Below the pieces are notes generated by a model. It was not told the origin of the DNA. It saw only the letters and a program-made list of their open reading frames with translations, and did no database searches. Positions 45,130-53,857 of a stretch of DNA of 64,000 bases are shown here, piece after piece. The stretch is from an uncultured Dehalococcoidia bacterium (lineage in GTDB: Bacteria; Chloroflexota; Dehalococcoidia; Lucifugimonadales; JADFKI01): positions 7,098 to 71,097 of the forward strand of contig CAZWDM010000008.1 in the NCBI GenBank assembly GCA_964632415.1, in the 5' to 3' direction. A program made the translations under genes and the position numbers. Numbering within the stretch: position 1 is the first letter of the stretch; the number at the start of each line of letters is the position of its first letter.

Positions 45130-46758
45130 ATGAAATACTCAAGTGGACTGATACTGGTTACACTCTTGCTCCTTGGTTGCGGGAGTGGCGATGATGACGC
45201 TGGGACGCCTGTGGCCGCCCCCCAGATGATTCAGACTGCGGTTCCAGCGGCAACCGCGCCTGTCCTTCTCCCAAGTCCCACGCCCTACAGGGGAAGCATT
45301 CCTCAACCCGTCGTCGTGAGGGTCACCTCCACCGTGATTCCGAAGGCGGAAGCAGTGGTAGTAGATTCAACGCCCACTCTGCCCCCCGAACAGGCTGTTG
45401 TCGTCAGCGTGGGGACGCCTGAAAGCCCGGCGGTTCCGCCTGTCTCGATGGACTGCGGGAGCTTTGACTCGCACAGGGAGGCACAGGCGTTCTTCCTCGA
45501 TCAGGGAGAGGGCGCCGACGTATCGGAACTTGATACGAACAATGACGGCATAGCCTGCAACAGCCCTGGCGACAGAGGATACGCGGATATGACATTCGAG
45601 TCCCTGCTGCAGGCGACTGCGACGCCTTTCGCGACCGTGACGGCGACTGTTCCCAAGCGGGATTGCGCGGACTTTGAAACGTGGGAGGAGGCCAACGCCT
45701 TCTTCGTCAGCGAGGGTGGACCGCGCTCCGACCCCCATAACCTGGACGGGGACCGCGATGGCGTGCCCTGCACGGCACTGAAGTACGACGAGGAGAACCC
45801 GCCCGAACTCACTCCAACACTGCCGCCGCCGGAGGCGTCGGACGATGCGTGGAGCAGTGAGGGACGAACCGCCGAGCTCAACGCCATCAACTGGCGGGCA
45901 TTCATCGCGACGAGCCTGGGTGGGGGCCGCTGGTCAGAGAACGGTGTATTCGGGATTGCAGCACCGGGCGAGATCATCAACAGCAACATAAGGGATGAGG
46001 ACGGCAACCCTAGCAGGTTCACAGCACAGGTTGACTGCGCGGAGCGTTTCGGCAACCGGTTCGACGAGCGAAATACCAGCTTCTATGAGGAACTAGATCG
46101 CGTATGGATCTGGATCGAGCCAGCGGATGGCAGCGAGCCCTTCTGCGCCAGGGTCGACCGCTATCGCAACTGGCTGCCGTCGGACCCCGAGCCGCTACCC
46201 TCAGCCTGGCGGTGGAGCGCGCTGCCGCAGGCGGAGAGACTCGACGCGCTGGTCTTCACGGACTCGGTCAACGGTCCAAGGGAACACACGCTGCCGCCGA
46301 GTAACCTCTCCAACCTTGAGCTGTCGGCAATGGGCAAGACCGTCGAGGTGAGAGAAGGCGACGGGAAGCTCGAATGCACTCCGCAGAAGGCGCCTGTCGC
46401 CGTCTGGACGCGCGGGATGGGCTTCGAGGTACTGAGCCGCGAGGAGGAAGAGCTGCTGGCGCGCGGCGCGTTCGCCGGCACGAGGGATGAGGGCGAGCAG
46501 GAACGGTTCTGGCAGTCCTACGACTGGGAGCGCAAGGAATACTGGCGTAACGAGGGATGGTTCCTCGCGATCCTGGGCGACCCTTATGACAGGACAGTAA
46601 GAGAGAACCGCCACTGGCTCAATGACGTGATTTATGGCGTTCCCGTGCTGGCCAGCTGCTGGCTCGTCTGGAACGTGGAGGATCTGCCCGAGTCTCGTTA
46701 CTGCCTTGAGTGCGAGAGACGCGCAAACATGGAGAGAATGGCCGCTGACGCTCAGTGA
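45130..46758 (+). CDS. Lipoprotein with two Excalibur calcium-binding domains and a C-terminal six-Cys domain
   Basis: Lipobox LLLLGCGSG. Excalibur copies DCGSFDSHREAQAFFLDQGEGADVSELDTNNDGIACN and DCADFETWEEANAFFVSEGGPRSDPHNLDGDRDGVPCT. The C-terminal domain is paralogous to 41071..42219 (VDCAERF, PFCARV, LECTPQ, ASCWLV, RYCLEC). Confidence 0.7.
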   Translation: MKYSSGLILVTLLLLGCGSGDDDAGTPVAAPQMIQTAVPAATAPVLLPSPTPYRGSIPQPVVVRVTSTVIPKAEAVVVDSTPTLPPEQAVVVSVGTPESPAVPPVSMDCGSFDSHREAQAFFLDQGEGADVSELDTNNDGIACNSPGDRGYADMTFESLLQATATPFATVTATVPKRDCADFETWEEANAFFVSEGGPRSDPHNLDGDRDGVPCTALKYDEENPPELTPTLPPPEASDDAWSSEGRTAELNAINWRAFIATSLGGGRWSENGVFGIAAPGEIINSNIRDEDGNPSRFTAQVDCAERFGNRFDERNTSFYEELDRVWIWIEPADGSEPFCARVDRYRNWLPSDPEPLPSAWRWSALPQAERLDALVFTDSVNGPREHTLPPSNLSNLELSAMGKTVEVREGDGKLECTPQKAPVAVWTRGMGFEVLSREEEELLARGAFAGTRDEGEQERFWQSYDWERKEYWRNEGWFLAILGDPYDRTVRENRHWLNDVIYGVPVLASCWLVWNVEDLPESRYCLECERRANMERMAADAQ

Positions 46759-46784
46759 GTTGATGGCGGCATAAAGGACTGACA

Positions 46785-49052
46785 ATGATGACTCCACAAC
46801 AGGACGATAATGCGTGGCGCAGGCACGAGGTGCCGACGTACACGCAGGCACAAGATACCTGGCTCTTCGGCCTGTCCTTCAGGCAACTCATAACGATTGC
46901 CATTGGCGCGGGTGTCGGCTATGCCGTCTATCAGATGTTGTTCTTCCTGGACATATGGTTCAGGATCGGGATCGGAGTCGTCGTTGTTCTCATATCGGCC
47001 GCATTTGTGGCGCTCAAGCCGGGTGGCCGGTCACTCTTCTCGGTGCTCTATGAACTCATTTCATTCCAGTTCCGGACCAAGCACTACACCGACCTGACCA
47101 GGCATGTCGTTGCCTCCAGTCCGACAGACCAGTTTCGCCCGCAGCGACGCCGAAAGACGTTGAACATTCCGATACCCACGCCGAGCAACACAGTCTACAT
47201 CAGGCTCAGACTGCCGATAGGAGGCCGCAGAGACTCCGCAGAAGCCGTCATAATCGCGCTGGTTGGATCTGCTGTTCTGCTCAGCGGTATTGCCTGTTCC
47301 GTGCAAGCCCAGGAGACCGAACACTACATCGGAAAGCGCATCTACCTCGAGTCTGTGGTTATGAAGTACAGGGACTATCCGGTGAGCGCGGAGGTCAACA
47401 CGGCCACTGTCCGAATGAAGTCCGCAGCGCCTTTGCGCTGGTCCCAGCCGAGACTGCTGGAGTCGCTTCAATCCGTGACGGAGCGCAGGGCGCAGGCGAC
47501 AACTGTAAGACCGGCGAGGCGACAGGGCGCAGGACTGTACGGAGGCGGAGATATCCCGCCGATATACGGGATAGCTGAATCGGATGGCTTTGCCTTCGAG
47601 AACGTTCGCCTTGATGACACGAGGCAGATACGCCCCTACTGCGATGTGCCGCTGGAAAATGGACAGCTTCTGACCAGGTCGGGAGGTGATGCCTACTATT
47701 TCCGACACCATACGAACAGGTGTCGAATGCTTCAGCCCACCGACCTCGCATTCATCGGAGACGAGGGTGTCGGGCAGGAATACTCGGTGTCCAGGCCCAC
47801 TATGACCGTTCAGTGGGAAGACATCAAACGCAACAAGGGGGCGCTACGACTGCGCGGTCCGCTGATGCCCTATCCGGCGCCGTCACTCTACGACCTGAAC
47901 CAGATATTGATTGACACGGACTCGGAGCTTCTAAATCCTGGGCAGCTATGCGACCCGCGCGAGATCAGCGTGTTGAGTCTTGGCTTGCAGACAGTGCGCC
48001 CGGCCAACCCGGGTACGGTGGACTACTTCGATGGGCGTTCAGGACGGCTCATCGGAGGAGAGGTGAAGGTGTGCAGACTCGAGAATCCAAACAGGGTGGC
48101 GAATATCGGACTCAAGGAGACCGTTGTGTTCGCGCAGGGCCATGCCGACTATGAGATCAAGGTTCGGCCTATTGTGACGACCTTGTTGCCCGACAACATA
48201 GTGAACCGGGCGGTGGTGAGGGTATATGACGTTGAGGGCGGTGGAAGTCAATTGGGACCTGACTTCATCGTGCCGAAGCAGGCCGATGCTGACTATGACC
48301 CCGCCAAGCCGAACATTGTGAAGTTCATCGTGCCCGCCGGAGTAATGATGGGTAAGGACAACCCTGGCGAGCTGGATAAGGGCAAGATCCAGATTGAACT
48401 GGAAGTGCACCATGCCGTGACGGTGAAGCGACCCGTGTATCAGCCCATACAGGAGTTCGCGGAGTTTGGCGATACCCATATCTGGCAGTGCGTCTGCTCT
48501 TGCAGCGGAGGCGGCTGTTCTGCGAGCTGTAACAGCAGAAGGTGTAACAGAAATTCTGATGAACGAACGAGGTATTACAAATACTGGGATCCGCATGAGC
48601 GAGTTGACGACATGGACAGGGCATATCTGCCTACGGATCCCTCATCAGGCGTGGTGCTGCTATTCACTCAGACATTTACATTCGAGTCTATCGAGGTCTC
48701 TTTTGATAAGTCCTTCCAGACCCTGGTCTATGTCGAGCCCACGCCGCGCGCCGGCCGGCAGCGCCAACCTGACTACTACAACCAGGACGACGACCTGGGA
48801 TACATAGGTGGATTTCTTGGAGGGGAGGCACTGACCTGCGGCCCGGATGTCGCGACGACAGCCAGTGGAGAACCGACGGGATGGGTGTGGGTCGTGCCCG
48901 GCATAAACAGCAAGGGTGAGGCTTATGGCGGATGCCGCAGGGATTTCCTCTGCAAGCTCCTGGTGCCGCCGCAGGAAGAGATTTTCGGGGCGGGAGGGCT
49001 TCCGACCGAAGAGGACTACGAGTGCGTGGAGTATGACTATGACTCCGAATAA
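46785..49052 (+). CDS. PrgI/TcpE/VirB3-like N-terminal membrane module fused to a ~600-aa extracytoplasmic domain containing a dense Cys cluster
   Basis: N-terminus QDTWLFGLSFRQLITIAIGAGVGYAVYQMLFF..IGIGVVVVLISAAFVALKP fits the PrgI-family pattern (..fGLt.RQl.. plus two TM) and lies upstream of the VirB4-like gene with one small gene between them. The C-terminal region includes WQCVCSCSGGGCSASCNSRRCNRN. Confidence 0.5.
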   Translation: MMTPQQDDNAWRRHEVPTYTQAQDTWLFGLSFRQLITIAIGAGVGYAVYQMLFFLDIWFRIGIGVVVVLISAAFVALKPGGRSLFSVLYELISFQFRTKHYTDLTRHVVASSPTDQFRPQRRRKTLNIPIPTPSNTVYIRLRLPIGGRRDSAEAVIIALVGSAVLLSGIACSVQAQETEHYIGKRIYLESVVMKYRDYPVSAEVNTATVRMKSAAPLRWSQPRLLESLQSVTERRAQATTVRPARRQGAGLYGGGDIPPIYGIAESDGFAFENVRLDDTRQIRPYCDVPLENGQLLTRSGGDAYYFRHHTNRCRMLQPTDLAFIGDEGVGQEYSVSRPTMTVQWEDIKRNKGALRLRGPLMPYPAPSLYDLNQILIDTDSELLNPGQLCDPREISVLSLGLQTVRPANPGTVDYFDGRSGRLIGGEVKVCRLENPNRVANIGLKETVVFAQGHADYEIKVRPIVTTLLPDNIVNRAVVRVYDVEGGGSQLGPDFIVPKQADADYDPAKPNIVKFIVPAGVMMGKDNPGELDKGKIQIELEVHHAVTVKRPVYQPIQEFAEFGDTHIWQCVCSCSGGGCSASCNSRRCNRNSDERTRYYKYWDPHERVDDMDRAYLPTDPSSGVVLLFTQTFTFESIEVSFDKSFQTLVYVEPTPRAGRQRQPDYYNQDDDLGYIGGFLGGEALTCGPDVATTASGEPTGWVWVVPGINSKGEAYGGCRRDFLCKLLVPPQEEIFGAGGLPTEEDYECVEYDYDSE

Positions 49053-49617
49053 GACCAGAAAGCTCTTGCGAGTGGTGCGACGGCTGGGAATGGCCTTTCC
49101 GGTCCTCCTTATTTTTCAGGTTCTCCAGTCGGGAACAGCTGCGGCGCAGACACCGGTGGAGGGTCCCTGGCGCGACATTCATCAGATTTTCTGGTTCACC
49201 GACGCCGATTATGACATCACAGATCCGGGCTCAGGATACACGCGCAACGCGGCCCAGCGCTTTGCATATGGAGATGTAAGACGGTCCCAGTGCTATCACT
49301 TTAACCATAATGGTCCCGAGGCCGACGAAGTTAACGGCCTCTACTGGATGATGAGTTGTCGCCTCGGACTCGTGACGGGAGCGATTACATGGATAGGAGT
49401 AGGAATAGCTCTGATGGCACTGGCATGGGGTGGCGTGATGTGGGTGGTTGACGCAGGAGCAGGCGGCGAGAGGGGCGCCGCGCTGCGGAACATGGTCTCG
49501 GGACCGCTCATTGGGCTGGGCATCATGTTTTTCGCCTACATCTTTGCGCGTTTTGCGTACACGGTAATCAGGTACAACTTTGATAGGTACATATCGGGCG
49601 AGGGCTTTTGGCTTTAA
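49033..49617 (+). CDS. Secreted/membrane protein with a C-terminal VirB2-like two-helix hairpin (pilin candidate D)
   Basis: Signal peptide LGMAFPVLLIFQVLQSGTAAAQ. C-terminal LVTGAITWIGVGIALMALAWGGVMWVVDAGAGGERGAALRNMVSGPLIGLGIMFFAYIFARF. It sits between the VirB3-like and VirB4-like genes, as virB2 neighbours virB3-virB4 in classical operons. Confidence 0.4.
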   Translation: MTMTPNKTRKLLRVVRRLGMAFPVLLIFQVLQSGTAAAQTPVEGPWRDIHQIFWFTDADYDITDPGSGYTRNAAQRFAYGDVRRSQCYHFNHNGPEADEVNGLYWMMSCRLGLVTGAITWIGVGIALMALAWGGVMWVVDAGAGGERGAALRNMVSGPLIGLGIMFFAYIFARFAYTVIRYNFDRYISGEGFWL

Positions 49618-49644
49618 CGGCCTGACAAGACAGGAGACGGCGTT

Positions 49645-52113
49645 ATGGTAGCGGAACACGAAAAGCGGACGGCAGCGGGGGTCGAAGAGGAGGATGGGAA
49701 GCAGAGCGACAGCGCCGGTGCTGGCCTTGATGGAAACGTACTCGAAGGCGGCGGCAACCTTCCCCTGGACGATGTTGGGCTGGAGAGCGCGGAGGCTCAG
49801 GACGGAACTGCCAGGAAGAAAATGCTGTGGCTTTCCAAGCTGATAGACGGCATCTTCAAACAGAAAGAAGAGGAAGACCCTGTCGGGCTGGCCGCAACTC
49901 TGGACATGGAGGAAGAGGAGCGCAAGGCATTTGAGGAACGTGAGAGGGAGTGGCCTACGAGCAGGGTCGACACGCTCCCGACAATCAGGGACTTCTTTGG
50001 CATCTCGCACATAGGCGACGGCAACCGTATCGTGCGCAAGGACGGGACTCGTATGGTCGTGTTCGAGTCTGCCGGCAAGGAACTGTCGCGAGCGAATATC
50101 CAGGGCTTCGCTGGGGCGCTGAACTCCATCCAGTGTCCTGTCCAATTTCTCATCAGACAGCATCCGCCTCGTCTGAACGGATTTAGGCTGCAGATGCGAC
50201 AGGAGAGGGCACAACGGCTGTCGGAGAAGCTCGCCGATGCGGCTGACGACCTCGACAACCTTCTGGCCGAGCTTGAAGATCGAGAGGGACTGATGGACAG
50301 GCGGTACTACATCGTCTGCGACGAGGAGAATACCGATGAGGTGTCGGCAGCCGTAAGCAGGCTCAACCTGAGGGCCGGATACCTCGCCGAGACCGCGCTG
50401 GACATCTTCCTGCTCTCCGCAACCTTCGGGCAATCGCCGGCCGACCTTCCCGAACAGGAGCGGATTCATTACCGAGAACTGCCCGCATCGGTTAAGTCGG
50501 ACAACGGTGTGTTCCGCAAGACCTTCTACGTCAAGAAATTCCCCCGCATGATGACGGTGGGCTTTCTGCAGTCCCTTCTGACCATCGGGATTCCGATGGA
50601 TCTCTCGATTCACCTGCTCCCCATATCGTCAGAGCATGCGATCTCGATGCTACAGTCGCAACTCACGAGCATGCAGGCGGCGGCGAACGCGCAGCTGAAG
50701 CGCACTGGACAGGTGGGCAGTAAGGAGCAGATCGCGCTTGAGGATATTCTTCGCCTTCGCGATGCCGTTATGAGGGGCGTGGAGCGCCTGTTCAACACCA
50801 ATATGGCAATCACCGTGACGGGCAACTCAGAGCAGGAACTCCGTGAACACATAACGACGCTCAACTCGATGCTCAAGGCGGTTCTCGCTGAGACCGATGA
50901 GCTCACCTTCGGTCAGCGCAGCGCCCTCCGCACGACGATGCCACTCGGGGACAACGCGACGAAGCGCTGGGTAATGCTTGACACCAGCACGCTGGCACTG
51001 ATGTTCCCGTTCAGCCCGCAGGACATAGACACCAGGACTGGAACGCTCGTGGGACTTGATAATCGTGCACGGAGTCTTATCACCTACGACGAGTTCAACA
51101 ATCGCAGCGCGCAGAATATGAACTCCGCGATACTCGCCACCAGCGGCGCGGGGAAGTCCTACCTCACAAAGCTGGGCATCGTGCGCCAGCTCACCCGCGA
51201 TGTTCGGGTATATGTCATCGATCCGGAGGGCGAGTATGTCGATACCTGCATAGCGGCAGGGGGGCGCGTTTTGACGCCAGGTGTTCCGGGGCAGGGCATG
51301 AACCCGTTTGTCGTCACTGAGACGGGCGCGGACCTCATGGAGCGGATAGACAATCTGTGCAAGCTTCTGCAGGTGATGATAGGGCAGAGACTTAATCCCA
51401 CGCAGTATGGCGAACTCAACAAGGCGATGGTGGAATACTACGGCAAGGCGACGGTTGGAGGACAGGGCAACTGGACGGGACTGTTCAATCATATCCACAA
51501 GGAGCAGCCGGCGATTGCCGCGATGCTGACACCATTCTACGACGGCTCAAAGCAGTATCTTCTTTCGGACGAGGGCACTGACATGCTTCAGGATGAGGCG
51601 CACATGACGGTATTCAATTTGCGGCTCGTGGAGTCCGAGATGAGAGCTGCGGCGGGTATGGTGTGCGCTGAGACGGTATGGACGATGGCGGCACGGGACC
51701 CGCGCCGGCGGAAGCTCGTCGTAGATGAGGTCTGGTCAATCCTTCAGGACCCCGAGGGTGGCGGATTCATGATGAATACCGCGAAGCGCGCCCGCAAGCA
51801 TATCCTCGGGCTGACCAGTATCACACAGGACGTTCAGGATCTGCTGGCGGTGAATTCCAGCGAGGGTGTGCGTGGCAACAGCGGCCGTGCGCTGATCCAG
51901 AACGCGAGCTTCAAGGTGTTGCTGCGACAGGACCCCGCGTCCATCGAGATGATCCGTGAGACGTTCAACCTTTCCCCTGAGATCGCGTCGGAGCTTCCGT
52001 CGTACCCGACCGGCAGGGGGCTGCTGGTGACTCCGGACGGCTACTTCCCGATGGAGATTGAAGCGTCGCCGGTGGAGGCTGAGATTATCGAGTGGACAGC
52101 AGGCAGGCACTAG
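49645..52113 (+). CDS. virB4: VirB4/TrbE/PrgJ-family type IV secretion ATPase
   Basis: Walker A ILATSGAGKSYLTKL. Walker B KLVVDEVWSIL. The N-terminal domain block FYVKKFPRMMTVGFLQSLL is typical of VirB4 homologs. AGGAG RBS upstream. Confidence 0.85.
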   Translation: MVAEHEKRTAAGVEEEDGKQSDSAGAGLDGNVLEGGGNLPLDDVGLESAEAQDGTARKKMLWLSKLIDGIFKQKEEEDPVGLAATLDMEEEERKAFEEREREWPTSRVDTLPTIRDFFGISHIGDGNRIVRKDGTRMVVFESAGKELSRANIQGFAGALNSIQCPVQFLIRQHPPRLNGFRLQMRQERAQRLSEKLADAADDLDNLLAELEDREGLMDRRYYIVCDEENTDEVSAAVSRLNLRAGYLAETALDIFLLSATFGQSPADLPEQERIHYRELPASVKSDNGVFRKTFYVKKFPRMMTVGFLQSLLTIGIPMDLSIHLLPISSEHAISMLQSQLTSMQAAANAQLKRTGQVGSKEQIALEDILRLRDAVMRGVERLFNTNMAITVTGNSEQELREHITTLNSMLKAVLAETDELTFGQRSALRTTMPLGDNATKRWVMLDTSTLALMFPFSPQDIDTRTGTLVGLDNRARSLITYDEFNNRSAQNMNSAILATSGAGKSYLTKLGIVRQLTRDVRVYVIDPEGEYVDTCIAAGGRVLTPGVPGQGMNPFVVTETGADLMERIDNLCKLLQVMIGQRLNPTQYGELNKAMVEYYGKATVGGQGNWTGLFNHIHKEQPAIAAMLTPFYDGSKQYLLSDEGTDMLQDEAHMTVFNLRLVESEMRAAAGMVCAETVWTMAARDPRRRKLVVDEVWSILQDPEGGGFMMNTAKRARKHILGLTSITQDVQDLLAVNSSEGVRGNSGRALIQNASFKVLLRQDPASIEMIRETFNLSPEIASELPSYPTGRGLLVTPDGYFPMEIEASPVEAEIIEWTAGRH

Positions 52114-52159
52114 GCCGCCATTGGTCGGCTTCAAATGTGAATGAGAAAGGCGGCATTGG

Positions 52160-52363
52160 GTGTTGCTGAGCTGCGGTTGTGAGAAGTATCGGATCTACGA
52201 CCTTGACGCGACTCTCTGTCGCAAGCACAGGACAAAACTATTGGCGCTATGCGTGCTGAGCCTAATGGTCGCGGCACTTATCGTCGCTCTCAGAGAGGGT
52301 CTGCTTTTGATATTCGGGCTGTACGTTCGCTGGATCGATTGGAGAACGAGGTTAGGCAAATGA
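52160..52363 (+). CDS. Possible small membrane protein (67 aa)
   Basis: GTG start. Hydrophobic core LLALCVLSLMVAALIVAL..LLLIFGLYV. Weak. Confidence 0.3.
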   Translation: MLLSCGCEKYRIYDLDATLCRKHRTKLLALCVLSLMVAALIVALREGLLLIFGLYVRWIDWRTRLGK

Positions 52364-52385
52364 AATGTGAGGGAGGAATTAGAGG

Positions 52386-52727
52386 ATGTATAGCAGAGTC
52401 ATAGGTAGAGTTGAGACGCTTACTCAGTCTGGGGCTTGGAGTAATTTTTTTGACAAGATCGTGGATACGCTGGCTGTTGTCGGCCTGATAAGCATGGGTG
52501 TTCAGGTCGGAGTGCTGGCTACTCTCGGGCTGGTCGCGAGTTCGTTCGAAGGCACCGAAATGCAGTCCTACATCGGGCTGGCGCTCGTTAATTCGCCCGA
52601 CTGGTTCAAGGCGATTGCTATAACGAGCTGGCTTGTTGCGCCCCTAGGTGCGATGGGAGTCGGTGGTGCCATTCTAAGGCTAGTTGCAGATAGGGCGGTT
52701 TTCGGGCGTGGCAGGTGCGATGGATAG
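52386..52727 (+). CDS. Small integral membrane protein (113 aa)
   Basis: GGAGG RBS upstream. Helices LAVVGLISMGVQVGVLATLGLVA and AIAITSWLVAPLGAMGVGGAIL. Confidence 0.4.
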   Translation: MYSRVIGRVETLTQSGAWSNFFDKIVDTLAVVGLISMGVQVGVLATLGLVASSFEGTEMQSYIGLALVNSPDWFKAIAITSWLVAPLGAMGVGGAILRLVADRAVFGRGRCDG

Positions 52728-53025
52728 GGGCTGGGTGTTGACGCAGCTGGTCATTTCGGGGCTGATATGTTCGGTTTTTACGGGACTCGCGATTTATGAA
52801 GGTGTCCGCATATTCGGTGAAGCAGACGGCGACGCCCGAAGCATCCTGCTGGCAATAGTGTGCGCCAGCGGCAGTTTCACCTGGTTCACCTGGTTTCTGT
52901 ACCAGAACAACGAGGGTGGAAACGCCTGTATATGTGATCGGTTCTACTGGCTCTTCAACAAGAGATTGCCGCTACTGGGGAAGACATACCGTTGGATCAA
53001 GGAGTTCAGTCGGAACGAAGGTTGA
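52720..53025 (+). CDS. Small integral membrane protein (101 aa)
   Basis: The ATG at 52720 overlaps the upstream stop. Helices WVLTQLVISGLICSVFTGLAIY and SILLAIVCASGSFTWFTWFLY. Confidence 0.4.
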   Translation: MDRGWVLTQLVISGLICSVFTGLAIYEGVRIFGEADGDARSILLAIVCASGSFTWFTWFLYQNNEGGNACICDRFYWLFNKRLPLLGKTYRWIKEFSRNEG

Positions 53026-53201
53026 TGTTGGAATGGAAGAGTCCGGAATAGTTGAAGGGAAATGCATCCACCTGCAGGTGCCGGACGAGTGCATCCATTG
53101 CCTGTACTCGATGAGAAGGCAGGCGCTCAGGCTGATACTGGTCATCTGCTTGAGCATCATTCTCATGGCGGGTCTTGCTTTCCACTCAATGGGGTGACGA
53201 A

Positions 53202-53840
53202 ATGGAAACAACACTTATTGACAAGTTCCTGTTGCTGCTCACCTTCAACGGCGAAATGAAGAAGCCCAGGGGTAGCGTTCTGGAGTACGCCGTTGCCGGC
53301 GCTGTTCTAATGGAGCTTGAAAAGCAGGGGTTCATAGACAGCGACACGGAGAATATCATTCCGCTTCGCTCGGATCTGCCAGAGGATGAGATTCTCGCCC
53401 AGGCACATAGGGAGGTCGTCAGCAAGGGCTCGATGAGGATCAGGGACTGTCTCCGTTGGATGGCAGTGCGGGCGCCGGGACTGCATAAGGCGGCATTGGC
53501 AAGACTCATCGAGAAAGGGTTTCTCGTGAAAAGACAGCGACGAAAGATGCTCGTCTTCCAAGAGGAATACGTCGAGGCGACAAACCATGCGGGCCATGAC
53601 CTCAAGGTGCATATATTTGACACGCTTAAGAGTAACGACACCCCTCTCCCGGACGACATCAGGCTCATCTGCCTAGCGGACGCCACCGGTCTGCTCCGTG
53701 AGATGTTTGACAACGAAGAGAGACGCAAGACGCAGGACAGGGTGGAGGCGGTGCGCAGACTTGACCTCGTGGGACAGGTCACTGCGGTTGCCATCGAGGA
53801 TGCGGACCTGTCTATCACGATTGAGATTCAAGAACCATAG
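53202..53840 (+). CDS. GPP34/GOLPH3-family protein
   Basis: LIDKFLLLLTFNGEMKKPRGSVLEYAVAGAVLMELEKQGFI and the later LARLIEKGFL fit the GPP34 pattern seen in high-GC Gram-positive genomes. Confidence 0.65.
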   Translation: METTLIDKFLLLLTFNGEMKKPRGSVLEYAVAGAVLMELEKQGFIDSDTENIIPLRSDLPEDEILAQAHREVVSKGSMRIRDCLRWMAVRAPGLHKAALARLIEKGFLVKRQRRKMLVFQEEYVEATNHAGHDLKVHIFDTLKSNDTPLPDDIRLICLADATGLLREMFDNEERRKTQDRVEAVRRLDLVGQVTAVAIEDADLSITIEIQEP

Positions 53841-53857
53841 TTGTTAAGGAGGATGCT

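Noticed and set aside
49231-50613. 460-aa minus-strand ORF antisense to the VirB4-like gene
   Set aside because: Same reasoning: Arg/Pro/His-rich with no motifs, overlapping a strongly supported plus-strand gene.
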